The translations under genes and the position numbers were made by a program. 64,000 nt of DNA from Patellaria atrata CBS 101060 (taxonomy: Eukaryota): positions 1,577,817 to 1,641,816 of the forward strand of contig MU006090.1 of assembly GCA_010093705.1 (NCBI GenBank), written 5' to 3'. Position 1 is the first letter of the stretch; each line of letters begins with the position of its first letter. The notes beneath the pieces were generated by a model. It was not told the origin of the DNA. It was given only the letters and a program-made list of their open reading frames with translations, and did no database searches. Positions 11,425 to 22,894 of the stretch are shown here, piece after piece.

Positions 11425-13770
11425 GAAACTAGAAAGTGAACTTCCACAAAATCTCATATCGCACACGAATCTTCGAAATTTTCGAAGAAGATTCTAGATA
11501 ACTATATTAAAATCTCCCCGTGTGTATGGTTAAGCAAATGACCAAAAAAAAAAGAAAAATCTTGAGTTTTTATCTAAAAGACGTCGGGTAACGCGACTTT
11601 GTTCGCGCTTCCGCTCCTTCCTAGAACTAAGGCCAGATGAAAACTGCTTTCCACCAACCGGTCCAAAATTTTCACATCGCACAGGGACGGGAGTCCTCGA
11701 CATCTTTTCAGAACAAGTAGTTATGATAATCTAACCTATGCCAAGATTTTGCATATGGCCCGTACCTTACGTTCACGCGACTTCCCGTCATTTCGTTCAC
11801 GTCCAATACCTGATACCAAAAACTGCACTTCCACTACCTCCAAAAATTTCATATCGCACATGAACCTTCGAGATTTTTAAGGAGATTCTAAATAACTGTA
11901 TCAATCTCTCTCTTCCCTTGTTATTAAGGAGATGACCAAAAAAAAAACTCATGCGTTTAAGAACTTGTAGTAGTATGTCTAAGGTAGTTTCGATATCCAA
12001 TTTATGCCAAGATTACAGGTATGGCTCGTGCGTTAAGCTCACGTGACTTCCACCACTTCCCTTTTGTACAATTTGAGAAAACCTGAACTTTCCACCACCT
12101 ATCCAAAAAAGCTCGTATCGTACGGGAATCCAAGATTCTCGAAGGAGATTTCTGATAACAGTATTAATTTCGCCCTTTACGTATAGTTAACTAAATGACT
12201 AGAAAATCACGCGTTTTAAGGTACCTATTACCTTATACATGCCTCCTATCTTACCCTCGTTCGACCTAAACCAGCTCTTCTTGAAACTGTAGTAGATAAC
12301 TGTTACAACGGGAGTCTATACTTATCGAGACAGAACAGGATAAGTCTAGAAACGCGCCTGGCTTCTCACTTAACGTGGTCAACCACTAGGGTAGGTTAGG
12401 CAAAGTGATAGGATACGTATAACAAAGGCACTTCAAGTTGTCGGTACAACTTGCTGACTCCTCGACTTCAGGTAATGCTCACAATGAGACAAGACGTACT
12501 GTATGGAAACAGCGTGACAAGTGAAGTCAAGTTCAAAACCGTAACGTCCAAATCTATGGGTAAGATTGATGGTAAGAATAACTACGAAGAATCTAAATAC
12601 ATGAGGGAAAGACCGTCCTTAAATATTCCTATCCTCCATAGTCAATTTAGTGTGCCTACACTCTGGTCGTTCTGGTCGTTTGGTCGTTTGGTCGTTCTCT
12701 ACGACCAAAACGTCCACACGTCCAAACGTCCAAGTCACATGATCCCCTTTGGTCGTTCTGGTCGTTTGGTCGTTTGGTCGTTTCTCACGACCAAAACGTC
12801 CGCACGTCCAAACGTCCAAGTCACGTGACTCACTGTTACTCGTTTCACCCGCAGTTCTCCCGAGTGGTGTTCCTTCTTTCCCCTCACTCGTTGTCTGCAT
12901 GTTCTTACAACTTGTGGCCGTAACAATAACTTCACTTTTATTATCTCATCAAAATATCTTATCGCGAACCAATCCTCGACATTTTTCTCCAAGATTCTAA
13001 ATCACAATATCAATCCTCCTCTCACCCACTATGAAGCAAAAGTCCCAGATAAAATTCACGCGTTTAAGAATACCTTTTATACTTATATACGGAGTACCTA
13101 TTACCTTACCATCCAATCTTCGCCAAGATCTCACGCTCTTCCTTTATCACCCTCGTTCAGCTAATATCTTCAACCTAGCCCCAAAACTAAACTTCACTAT
13201 CTCATCGAAATTTCACATCGCACATCAATCCTCGAGATTTTCAAAGGAGATTCCAAATATTAGCATTAATTCCCTCTTTACTTATCGTTAAGCAAATAAC
13301 AAAAAAAAAACTCTCGTTTAAGTAAGAACACGCATGCGGAGATCCAACGCCTTCCCATCTCCCCCGCGTCCACCAGACACCTTTAACCTAACCCCAAAAC
13401 TGAACTTCATTATCCCATAGAAATTTCACATCGCACACCGATCTCTGAGATTTTTCGAAGAGATTCTAAATAATGGTATCAATCTTCCCCTCACCTACCA
13501 TCAACCAAACGACCAAAAAAAAAAAAATCACGCGTTAAAGAACATCTTACCATCCGATCTTCCCCGATCTCCTACGCCTTCCCATCTCAACTTCGTCCAC
13601 CTGATATCTCTAACCTAACCCTAAAATTGAACTTCACCACTACCTCTCTAAAATTTCATATAGCACATCAATGCTCGTGATTTTTGAAGGGAATTTCAGA
13701 AAATAGTGTCGAGGCCCCTATTTATGTGCGGCAAAGGAAATGACCCCAAAAAAATTCGCGCGTTTCGTAG
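11425..13770. repeat. Diverged tandem array, ~8 units of ~200-260 bp, interrupted by a solo LTR
   Basis: Recurring ordered blocks: AAACTGAACTTC..., AAATTTCAYATCGCAC, ATCYTCGAGATTTT..AAG.AGATTC, GACCAAAAAAAA, TCACGCGTTTAAG. Units start near 11425, 11640, 11817, 12077, 12283/12930, 13182, 13395, 13622. Confidence 0.85.
12301..12925. mobile_element. Solo LTR (copy B, 625 bp), same family as 1847-2361, opposite orientation
   Basis: TGTTAC...GTAACA termini. Perfect 5-bp TSD ATAAC (12296-12300, 12926-12930). First 70 bp identical to the reverse complement of copy A; roughly 93-94% identical by eye over ~300 bp. Confidence 0.92.
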
Positions 13771-13989
13771 AGGATTTGGGTGGTGATCTTCTGAGGGGGG
13801 ATATTTTGTCGAGTGGAGTTTTGGGGTCCTTGGTCGTGTACAGTATATAAGAAGATTTTCCAACTACTTTAGAAGAGATATCTTCAACCGTATAGATAAC
13901 GTTTCTCTTCTCCGTGACCTTATATCAGGGACAGAATCTTACCGTATGCTCCCTACCATATTCCAGCTTATCTCCCCATCTCTCCTCAC

Positions 13990-15941
13990 AGTACGACTCC
14001 ATACACCTCATCCCCTCACGCCGCGCCCCCAGCCAAAAGCTTCTCCCCCTTAACGCTCCTCCACTCCATCAACAACGAAAACCCAAACGCAATCCCCCCA
14101 ACCGCAATCGGGCAGCACAAACGCCGCCCTCACAGCCTCCGTATACGCCTCCAGTACTCCCCGCAGCAACTCCCTCGTCACCACCTCCCTAATCCCCGTC
14201 ACGCCCGCCCTAACAACCATCTGAACATCCACCCCCGGCGCCCGCCTTGGCAGCTCCCCCGCAAGCGTATTCGCAAAAATGTTCTGCGCGACACTGATGG
14301 CGAGCGGACCGCCCAGGGAGTTGAAAAACATAGCGATGGCGTTGCCGTTCGGCATGTCCTTTTTAGACAGCACGACCTAGACGGCGAGGAAGGGGATATG
14401 GACGCAAGCGCCTGCGCCGGCGCCGGCGAGGACCTGGTAGCCGATCCAGTGGCCCGGCGGGGAGGCCACGGTGAGGGTGTGTAGGGTGCCGGAGCCGATG
14501 GTGAAGAGGGCGATGCCGAGGCACATCCAGGGGACGTAGATTCCGAAGGCGGTTATGAGGGCGCCGATGAGGAGGGAGGAGAGGGTCGTGCTGACTAGGT
14601 AGGCAATGCAGCGGATGCCGCTTTCTTCGGCGGTGTTGCTTTTTACGGCTTGGAAGTAGAAGGGGAGGTAGAATATGTGGCTGTGGGAGGTTAGTGGGTG
14701 GGAGGTGTGAGGGTTGTGTTGATGGTTTGGGTTTTTGTGGGTGTGGGCGTTGGAGGATGTTGTGGTGTCATAGCTGGTGATTGACTTAAGATGATCTTCG
14801 TACGAGAAAAGTATAGTAGACAGACCAATAGGGGTAGTTTTACTAAAGGATAGAGAGGATATCAAAAGGACGTCTACGAAATATGACTTACGTATATAAT
14901 CCCATGGAAATGAATGCAGAGAACCAAGCACAAGCGAACACAGTCCTTTGACGCAGGAAAACCCGAGGAGGTAGTGTACCACGGTCTCCAAGAACGTGTT
15001 GTACAGCAGCGAACGCAATAACCAAAAGACCAATTCCAATTAATGTCCCATATACTCTCGAATCTTTCCAAGGATACGTCGTTAAGGGCTAATAATAGAC
15101 AGACAATCGCACAGATTAGTAACGGAGCCCCAAGTAGACCAATCTCTCTAATCTTATCCCTTACTGTCATATGGCTATAATCTCTCTCCGGATTTCTAAA
15201 GTAGAAGAACACAGTTGCAAGTGTAACACCACCGAAAGGTAGATTAATCCAGAAACACTAACGCCCTGTAGCTCGGTCGGTGAGAGCACCTCCTAAGATA
15301 GGACCAACGATGGAAGAGATACTGAACATGCTCGATAAAGCAGCAATGTATATAGGTCTTTTCCGAAGCGCCACGGAATATCCGATCATATTCATGCCTC
15401 CTAAATGGAGTCCCGCAGCGCCAGCTCCTGCAACAGCACGTCAAACTATGAGCATGTTAGTGTTCACCGCTGCAGCGCAAAGCACAGATCCAACTTAGAA
15501 AAAGAATAGAGCAACCATGAAGGTCTATTTCACGCTGAAGTAGGCGTAGATTTTGCCAAATGATGGCTGGAGAGTGGTGGTTGTAAGTAGATATTCAGAG
15601 CCATACCAGCCAACATCTCCTAGACTGTTGAATACGGTTGTGATCCTTGGAATAGCGGTTGCTATGATAGTATTATCCAGGGCGATGACGAAAGTAGTCA
15701 TACAGAGGCCGAATGTTAGGGCCCAAAGTGGGAGACCTGAAAGATATATACTCTCATCTTCCACCTCCTCTTGTCCCTCTCCCTGGGTCTGGTCTGTCTC
15801 GTTATGAGTGGTATCTTCTTTGTGCTCTATATTTACCCCGGTCTTATCACCACTGCTATCATGGCCAACATTCACGGCATTGCCGCTATGGACTGATCCG
15901 CTGTTATCATGGACAGGCACCCCAATCTCTGTTTCGACCAC
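13990..15941 (-). pseudogene. MFS drug/toxin efflux transporter (DHA2, AflT/ToxA-like) pseudogene
   Basis: Motifs [67 protein letters not shown]. In-frame stops at 15525-27 (W position), 15495-97 (E), 15441-43 (G), 15258-60 (W) and 14377-79, plus frameshifts near 15070 and 14110. 3' end approximate. Confidence 0.88.
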
Positions 15942-16816
15942 ATCTGAACGGCCTGGGTGTCCAGGAATATCAACGGTGGCATGATCGTTCTTCTCGTCAC
16001 TGGATCCGAGCTTAGTATGTCGGCGCCCATGTCTTTCAGAACGCGGAACAGACGGGAACGGTTAAGCCCGTCTCATGCGCCGACCCGTCTGGTTGGGAGC
16101 TTGTTTGAAACAGTAGCCGTATCCAACGGCTTATGCCATCGAGCCCTAGAAGAAAATACCCGATAAGTGTGGGGAAGCACCGTTGTGGATGATAATCCCG
16201 TTTTCGCAATACTGTAGGGCAGAGGGTAAGAAAGTAGGAAGACATCGCCATAGTTGCGGCAAACTTGAGTTTAAATTATATGCTTCCCGCATCTCTAAGA
16301 GATGGGGTGATACAACGTAGCTCGCTAAGAAGAGTACTAGAACAGTATCCTGGGGAAGGATGAGAACTGTCTCCAGCTGGGTGTATTACCGTCCAATAAT
16401 AGAGCTGGCAAGGTCGCATAACACCCAGTCACTCCGGCGAAAGTACGGAGTACAACCAGGTACTTGTACATCAGGTATATTGCCTTGAAGGAAATTCTTG
16501 TTAGTAGCCTATGGATTCCATGGGTCCAACACTGCAATAATATATGCTGAGAAATTAGTACTGTACCGTACTACACACTTGTCAGCACAAACTTTCTTAT
16601 AAAGCAACAACCGTCCACCATCATATTCGCCAAGGGTCTAAAATGGGTAAAATGACGAGATAAAGATATATTCGCTGTCTTCGTATAGCTGTAAAATCTA
16701 GAGTTCGCGGATTCATAAACACCTCAATCTATAAAATGTGATGTGTCGCATTGCAGGGACCACCACTCTTGCCACGTGAAATGGCCCATTCCCGGGCCGT
16801 AAGCCTCATATCATCT

Positions 16817-16999
16817 CTAGGATGTACCAGATCCACCTTTACAACTTGGACATGGCTGATCGAGCTTCACTGTCGACCATATCTCCCCACCAACGGCTGG
16901 CGTACATCTTCGCTGAATGAGTGCTGCTGACGTGCAGAAGTCGGCAAATATGGCAATCGTGTGCCCGCACTTGTATGAATGGGCGTAGTAACGACACAT
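16817..16999 (-). CDS. Small (~60 aa) Cys/His-rich putative zinc-binding protein
   Basis: MCRYYAHSYKCGHT...C...C...CPSC pattern, with A at -3 of the ATG. Resembles the MC-x(n)-CGH small-protein type of filamentous fungi. A 3' intron cannot be excluded. Confidence 0.6.
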   Translation of the reverse strand: MCRYYAHSYKCGHTIAIFADFCTSAALIQRRCTPAVGGEIWSTVKLDQPCPSCKGGSGTS

Positions 17000-19900
17000 A
17001 TTCGGAATCGCCGAGCTTGCCACAGAAGAGTTTTGGATCGTTGCGGGAGAAAGGCCCAGGTGAAACAGTGAGGCCAAGAGCGATGGGAAGATCTCCTTTC
17101 GCCACAATAGAGTGGACCGAGTGGTTAATGGTGAAAGAGAATGAAGCTGTGCTTAATCAGTTGCTAGTTCCCTATACTGAGTTCAAGGTACCAACGTTCT
17201 GGATACAAACGCCACGAGGAAGAATACTGACGAGACCGCACGCTATAAGACAATAAATAGCTGAAAATAAAACAGTAGTGGGAAATGCTGAACGCTTGAT
17301 GATCGAGAATCTAGGAGCCTAGCTGACGACAACGGAGCTGGTGATGCTTCACGCTTCTTATAGTGCAATCCCTAGAGCAGCATCTAGTAAACTGGTATTG
17401 ATCCCACTGAAGGGTCAAGTCTATGATGATTGTTACCTTGCTTCTGACATGGATTTTGGGCTGATTGCTATTGCCTTGTAGGATGAGCTGAGCCTACCCC
17501 CAACAATCGTTGTGTACGCAATGCGTGATATGCTATAGGATAGTTATGCATAGGTACTGTTGACTCCTGACGTGAGAAAGACCAAAATAGCATTCGGGCC
17601 GTGTCAAAATCGTATGGCCGGTTGACCGGTAAGGACTACAACAACCCAACGGCCTGTTGCATCCATAGGATGCGGTGAAGGCTACAGATGGGTGCAGAGA
17701 AGGAAAAACTAAAAGATCGATGCAATGCTTCGGATAAAATAGAGTCGGAGGCAAGATCGAAAACCGGAAATCCTGCGATGATTGTTAGCCGCAGAGATAC
17801 ACAAACAATAGTAAGTTTGCATCGTAGTGGAGCAGAAGCTAGGGGAGCAGCCCACAATAGTTTACGGGTCCATATCAAATTCGATATGAGGTTGAAAATG
17901 AGTCATGGCGACTCTGAATGAAAAGACTGAAAGCGAAATATTTCGAAACCCTACCAGCCCTATATGTTGAGTCCAACATGGATGGGGTATGTGTGGCACA
18001 ACGTCGTTGGTTGGATTGCATCGTGAGAAAATGCGAAAGTTCTTAGGAGAAATACTTTATGCTTTGTACGAGGCAGGACAAAATGGTTGGAAAATAGAAA
18101 CCAACGATGGAGAAACGGACAGATCTGGTACCTTCGGTTGTTGTTGACATTTGAGACAGAAGAATTGATCATACGTCAGTCAGGTGACTTCAGGTTGGAC
18201 CGAAAGAGAGTGAAGGCTTCAATAGGAAGTAGCACCATGAATACAAGGAAAGGAAAGAGCAACTGTGATGTTAAGTTGGGTATTTTGATGGAGTTACAAA
18301 CCCGACTCCACACTTCCGAAATCCTCAACATACCCAACTTTTTCTCTTGAACTTCTGCAAGCGTGTCGTCGGTTTTTGTCTCTATCTTTCCTCCGCTTCA
18401 TCTCAGACCTACGCGTGTTTTCAACGGCCTGTAAACGGATCCCTCCGAGTTCCATGGGTAACCATTGAGATTAGGATGACGGATCTTGGGTAGCAATGTT
18501 CTGCGCTGGCGGGAATGGCAAGCTTTTAACAACCTCAACTTCAACATTTGCTTACGTCAATTTTTGGTATTATAGGTTTCTGTTGCAAAGTGCAAAGTAC
18601 CAAACTCCTCAAAAGGAGATTTTCGTTTCTAACTCATGTTGAAAGAAAACACCAGCGAATCAGGGAAAAGGCTACACCGCTGTTCAACCTCGCATATAGC
18701 GTGTCTCCATCGTTTCTCTGGTGCAAATGTGCAACCACCAATTTACTGACTGTGCGGTTCGCTAACGTGCTTTACGCATGATGCACTGGGAATCATTCTT
18801 CTACCAGGATCCCTTTGTCGGTACGGTTCATTATGAGGCTATTAAATCGTTTATCCCGAAAGACGATGAAAAGGAGACATTAATTTTCAATTGTTTGCCC
18901 GTTTTCTGGTCGTACAGCGCCCGCTGGGAAGGCCTCAGGCACTTTGGGCAGTACAGACAACACCAGCGTGCTTACAATCCACGACCTTGTACACATCCCT
19001 GATTGTGCCTGAGCATGGGACTATCCTCGATGAGACGATGACGGAGAGTATCTCAGAGTTCGCTTCAGTTGCAGTTCATAAAAGCTGTTGGTGTGATGAT
19101 TGATGATGGAGCATGCAATTGAGCTATCCTGCTAACGTATCGACTACTGGCTACTGGATGTTTCTCCAGAGTCCAGCCACGACTGCCAGCTGGCAATGAC
19201 GCCTCTTTCCCACATACGTTCTGGCCTCTGCGAACATGCGGCGAACTTTATCAAAGACGGAAGTGCATAGGATGGGCCTGGTCTCGTTTTATCCTAGCGG
19301 ATGTCCATGGTCTGCCACGTCGACAGCTCAACATGCATGGAGACATGGACTTTGGACGCAGGACCAGAGGGTAGTCCCGCACACTCTTCCACCCCCAAAA
19401 TGGCGGGAAAGCCGGCAGATTGAGTGCTGCAGCATTGATAATTGTGCGACTGCTCGCTCAATTGCTCATTTCTCTGAGAGAATTCTGTGTTCTCCTGTGT
19501 TTCTTCACCTGTCACACAAAAAGCAACCTTTGTTGTTCTGCGAATTTTTGCTCCGTTCTCACTCGAATTTGCAGTGCGGGCGGATTCGCGAAAAGAAAAA
19601 AAGTAACAGTTCCTACACACCAGAAACAACGCATCAAAGCCAACGCAACACCCAGTCGCGCGGAACCAGCCTCATTACCGCCGAGACAAGCTTCAACGGT
19701 CTAACTATAATAAAAGTCGATTCAGACGCGGGTGCATTGACACTGGAGCTCACCGCCTGCGGAGTGCGGACGTCACAGATTGTTTAAAATAATCGAGGCT
19801 CGCTGTCGTGTCTGTTCGCGCGACCTCATCTCGGGTTCAGGCTCATCGGTGCCAGCGATCGCAATGCGTTGTCTTGCGGCCTCGATATTTGACTGTCCAG

Positions 19901-20751
19901 CCTTCTTACGATTTACGCCTTATGAGTGACGTCTGTTGGCTTTTAAAAGTGTAAAAATTTCCGACTTGTCCTGGAGTTGATTTTCTCGTTCTATTGGCCC
20001 ATCTATAGTATCAACTTTGCCTTATTTAGACGAATGGGAGGTAGTTTGTGAAATCACCAAGGTTACCCGTCTTGACTTGGCCATTTTCGAGGTATTTGGA
20101 CTTGACAACACTGCCATGAATGATTTCATCCACGGTGTACACGTTATGCGGTATACTAATGTTTCCATTAGATTGCTCATATTCAAAAGGAGTTGGCATT
20201 GTGTTTATAGCAATTTACGGACTGTACCATATACAACCCCCTTCGAAACCCTTCGACCTATTGTACCATATTACCCTCAACTCCCGGTGGGCTATTTGCA
20301 AGCACGCTGTACTGTTATAATCGTAATATCGTTGAGGGCCGGTTTGGAAAACGATATCATCTGAAATTCCATCAGATACGTCGAAGCCACCTTGGTCTCT
20401 CTATTGGCGCATCCACCACCAATCGATTTCCTAACCGCGCACGGGTATACGGGACCATTCAAGGCTGTTGACGAGATTCATCCTCGTATAACATTCCAAC
20501 TTCCTTCACGAGTTACCACGGAATCTGTACCAGTAGTGAACTACACCAGCTTGTGTCGCTCACCCCTCCGACAGACTCAGAGCTGGCCTAACAAAAAGGT
20601 ACTCCGGATGGTGAGTTATCCCGTCTCCTTCTCAAGTATAGAATTTTCTCCCCTTAGTCTTAGAGATATGTTTGGAACTCATTACCGCATGATTTATTTC
20701 CTGGTACTATCCTTGAATACCCTATTGACTTTTCAATTAGATAGACATAGA

Positions 20752-22326
20752 ATGGCATCGTCAGATGTCGATCAAAAGTTTTTAGGAAAATGGGCGAAAC
20801 TCACAGCGGATTCAAACGCTCTGCTCTCGAGCTCCTTATATCAGCTCCTGGGACTTTCGGTCCGCTTAGCTCGGAAGGTCGTCAAGGCTCGTAGACACCG
20901 CAAGCTAGACACCTCTCGAGATACAAAGTCGATGTCACTATACCATCACATCATATGGCTTTCACGGGAGGGTCTTTCCATTGTCGAGATCTTCGTCCTG
21001 CCATATACTCAAGAGGGACAGCATGGGCCTGAATGTCAAGTTCTGGCAGCAAAGCTTCGAGCTTCCTTTTTCCATATCTTCTGTTTGTTCCACAATAAAC
21101 CACCAGTGAGCCAACTCAGTCTTGCTGGAGGAATCTCTTCTCCCATCCCTAGTGTCCCGCCAATTCCTCAGAGCCAACAGCAACAACAATCGAGCCCTCG
21201 CGGGAACAATGGGCAGTCTCGTAAAGCTGCAAACTCCGCGTCAAACTCTCCAAACACTGGTCGAACTCGTCCTGGTGCAACTCTCCGCGATCCGATTAAC
21301 TCCATAACCTCAGAGACGTCATTTCTCACCAACCCCTTCGCCTCAGGGGGTCCAGTGCTAACACCACCTCCGCCACCTGGACTTCCCATGCCAGTGTCCA
21401 CCCCACATGCGTCCGCATTCCTGCTTCCACCTCTCAATTTCATTCCCCCAACGACTGCTCACTTCAATACTGTCAGTACTCTTGCTCAAACACTACTTCC
21501 AGGATCACATCCTCTACGCTTGTCAGTCGCGCTCGAGCACTGCGCCTTTCTATGGGACTGTTTGCATGAACGGGAAAGCAGCCGCAAGACGGCTCGTGCG
21601 GCTATCAGAGATGTGTATCGCTCGCAGGAAGGAATGGATGACCGCGAATTTGAGGAGGCCGCGGAGCTAGTGGCTGTGCTAGGCAAGATGATGAAGAGGA
21701 AAAGTTGGGAAGGGACTCCCAAGGTCGGGGGTACAGTCGTGAGCTCACCTGTTAAGGAGACTGGAGGTGGGAACGGACACGCGAATGGGAATGGAAACGG
21801 CGCTGCTGTACAACCGTCGGCGCCAAGCCACACGCGATCGAGCTCTAGGTATTCGAGAGATGTTTATGGCAATCCCATTGAACAATCTCGAATTCCTGAG
21901 GGCAGTCCAACGGGCGGAAGAGAAAGACGACGAAACAGCAGAGGCGAGGAACCACAGCGCCGCGTTCGGGCTCAACCCACTCAACCTCAACCTAGTGAAA
22001 TGAGTTCCAGAAGTGCAAGAGGCGGAACGAGCAGACATGGTGGTAGTAGTGCGGAGACCACACCACGCGCAGCACCAAGTAGACAAGGAAGTAGCAGTGA
22101 AATTACTCCCCGGGCAGGTGTTACCGCGAACCGCTTTAGCGGTGTGAGTGTTGGGAGCTCAACACCACGAGCTCCTCAACAGGGTTCCGCACCGGTGACC
22201 CCACGATCTACGCAACAGCACGGGCGCTCCTCAGGAACACCGCAATCAAGTAGCCGGCAACAACAACGGGAGAGGACGCCGACGACGCCGACGAGCCCAC
22301 GCCGAACCCGGGGAGGGAGGGGTTGA
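20752..22326 (+). CDS. Divergent 14-3-3-like protein with long disordered insertion and tail
   Basis: [23 protein letters not shown] aligns to canonical 14-3-3 [39 protein letters not shown] aligns to the helix-5 KMKGDYYRYLAEF. S/R/P/Q-rich C-terminus. Confidence 0.75.
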   Translation: [524 protein letters not shown]

Positions 22327-22894
22327 AGGGCATGGAGGCGGATCTAAACTCGATTATCTACATCCGCACGGTTCCAAAGTGGGTGGGACATCGAAACGGA
22401 TGACGTTCCCCACGGGACAGACACGGATACTGAACATCCATGTCTCGACACTTAAAGAAACATCTGTGTGGTGACACACAAAGTCTCACTACTTCAAATA
22501 GAAGAGGAAGAGGGGCCCCAAAGAAGAAGAATAGAAGAATCAAGAAGAGTCATAGATAGACATACACAATCTCTGGTACAGATAGAGGGAGTATCGGTAC
22601 GTACATACATACAGCATTTACGGCGCATTTTACGGAGTCAATAGATCAAGCCCTAGATTAGGTTTCTCAAATCACCGCATTTATAATCTCCATTATGGCT
22701 TCTGGGTGGGACGGACGGGTTGTGAGGTGTGATATCCCGGGTGGTCTTAACTGATATTCACGTGTTTTGGTCTAAAAGCTCTGATGGGCGGTGGTTCACT
22801 GAGTCAAATCGCGGCTTGGGGTGTACTTTGTGTTCTGACTTTCCTATCTTGTTTATTTTTCGTGCGTAGTTGTACGTGATGGATGATAGTTAAT

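Noticed and set aside
2362..12300. One large element or an inversion bounded by the two LTRs
   Set aside because: The LTRs are inverted and each has its own intact, different TSD, so they are independent insertions; no gag/pol between them.
11425..13770. CRISPR-like reading of the palindrome-plus-linker array
   Set aside because: Eukaryotic context, no cas genes, units far too long and divergent, and linkers are homologous to each other.
18700..19200. Branch-site/acceptor-like signals and TGATGA boxes suggesting a snoRNA host transcript
   Set aside because: No properly spaced C/D pair with terminal stem or recognisable rRNA guide; the signals could be chance or UTR introns.
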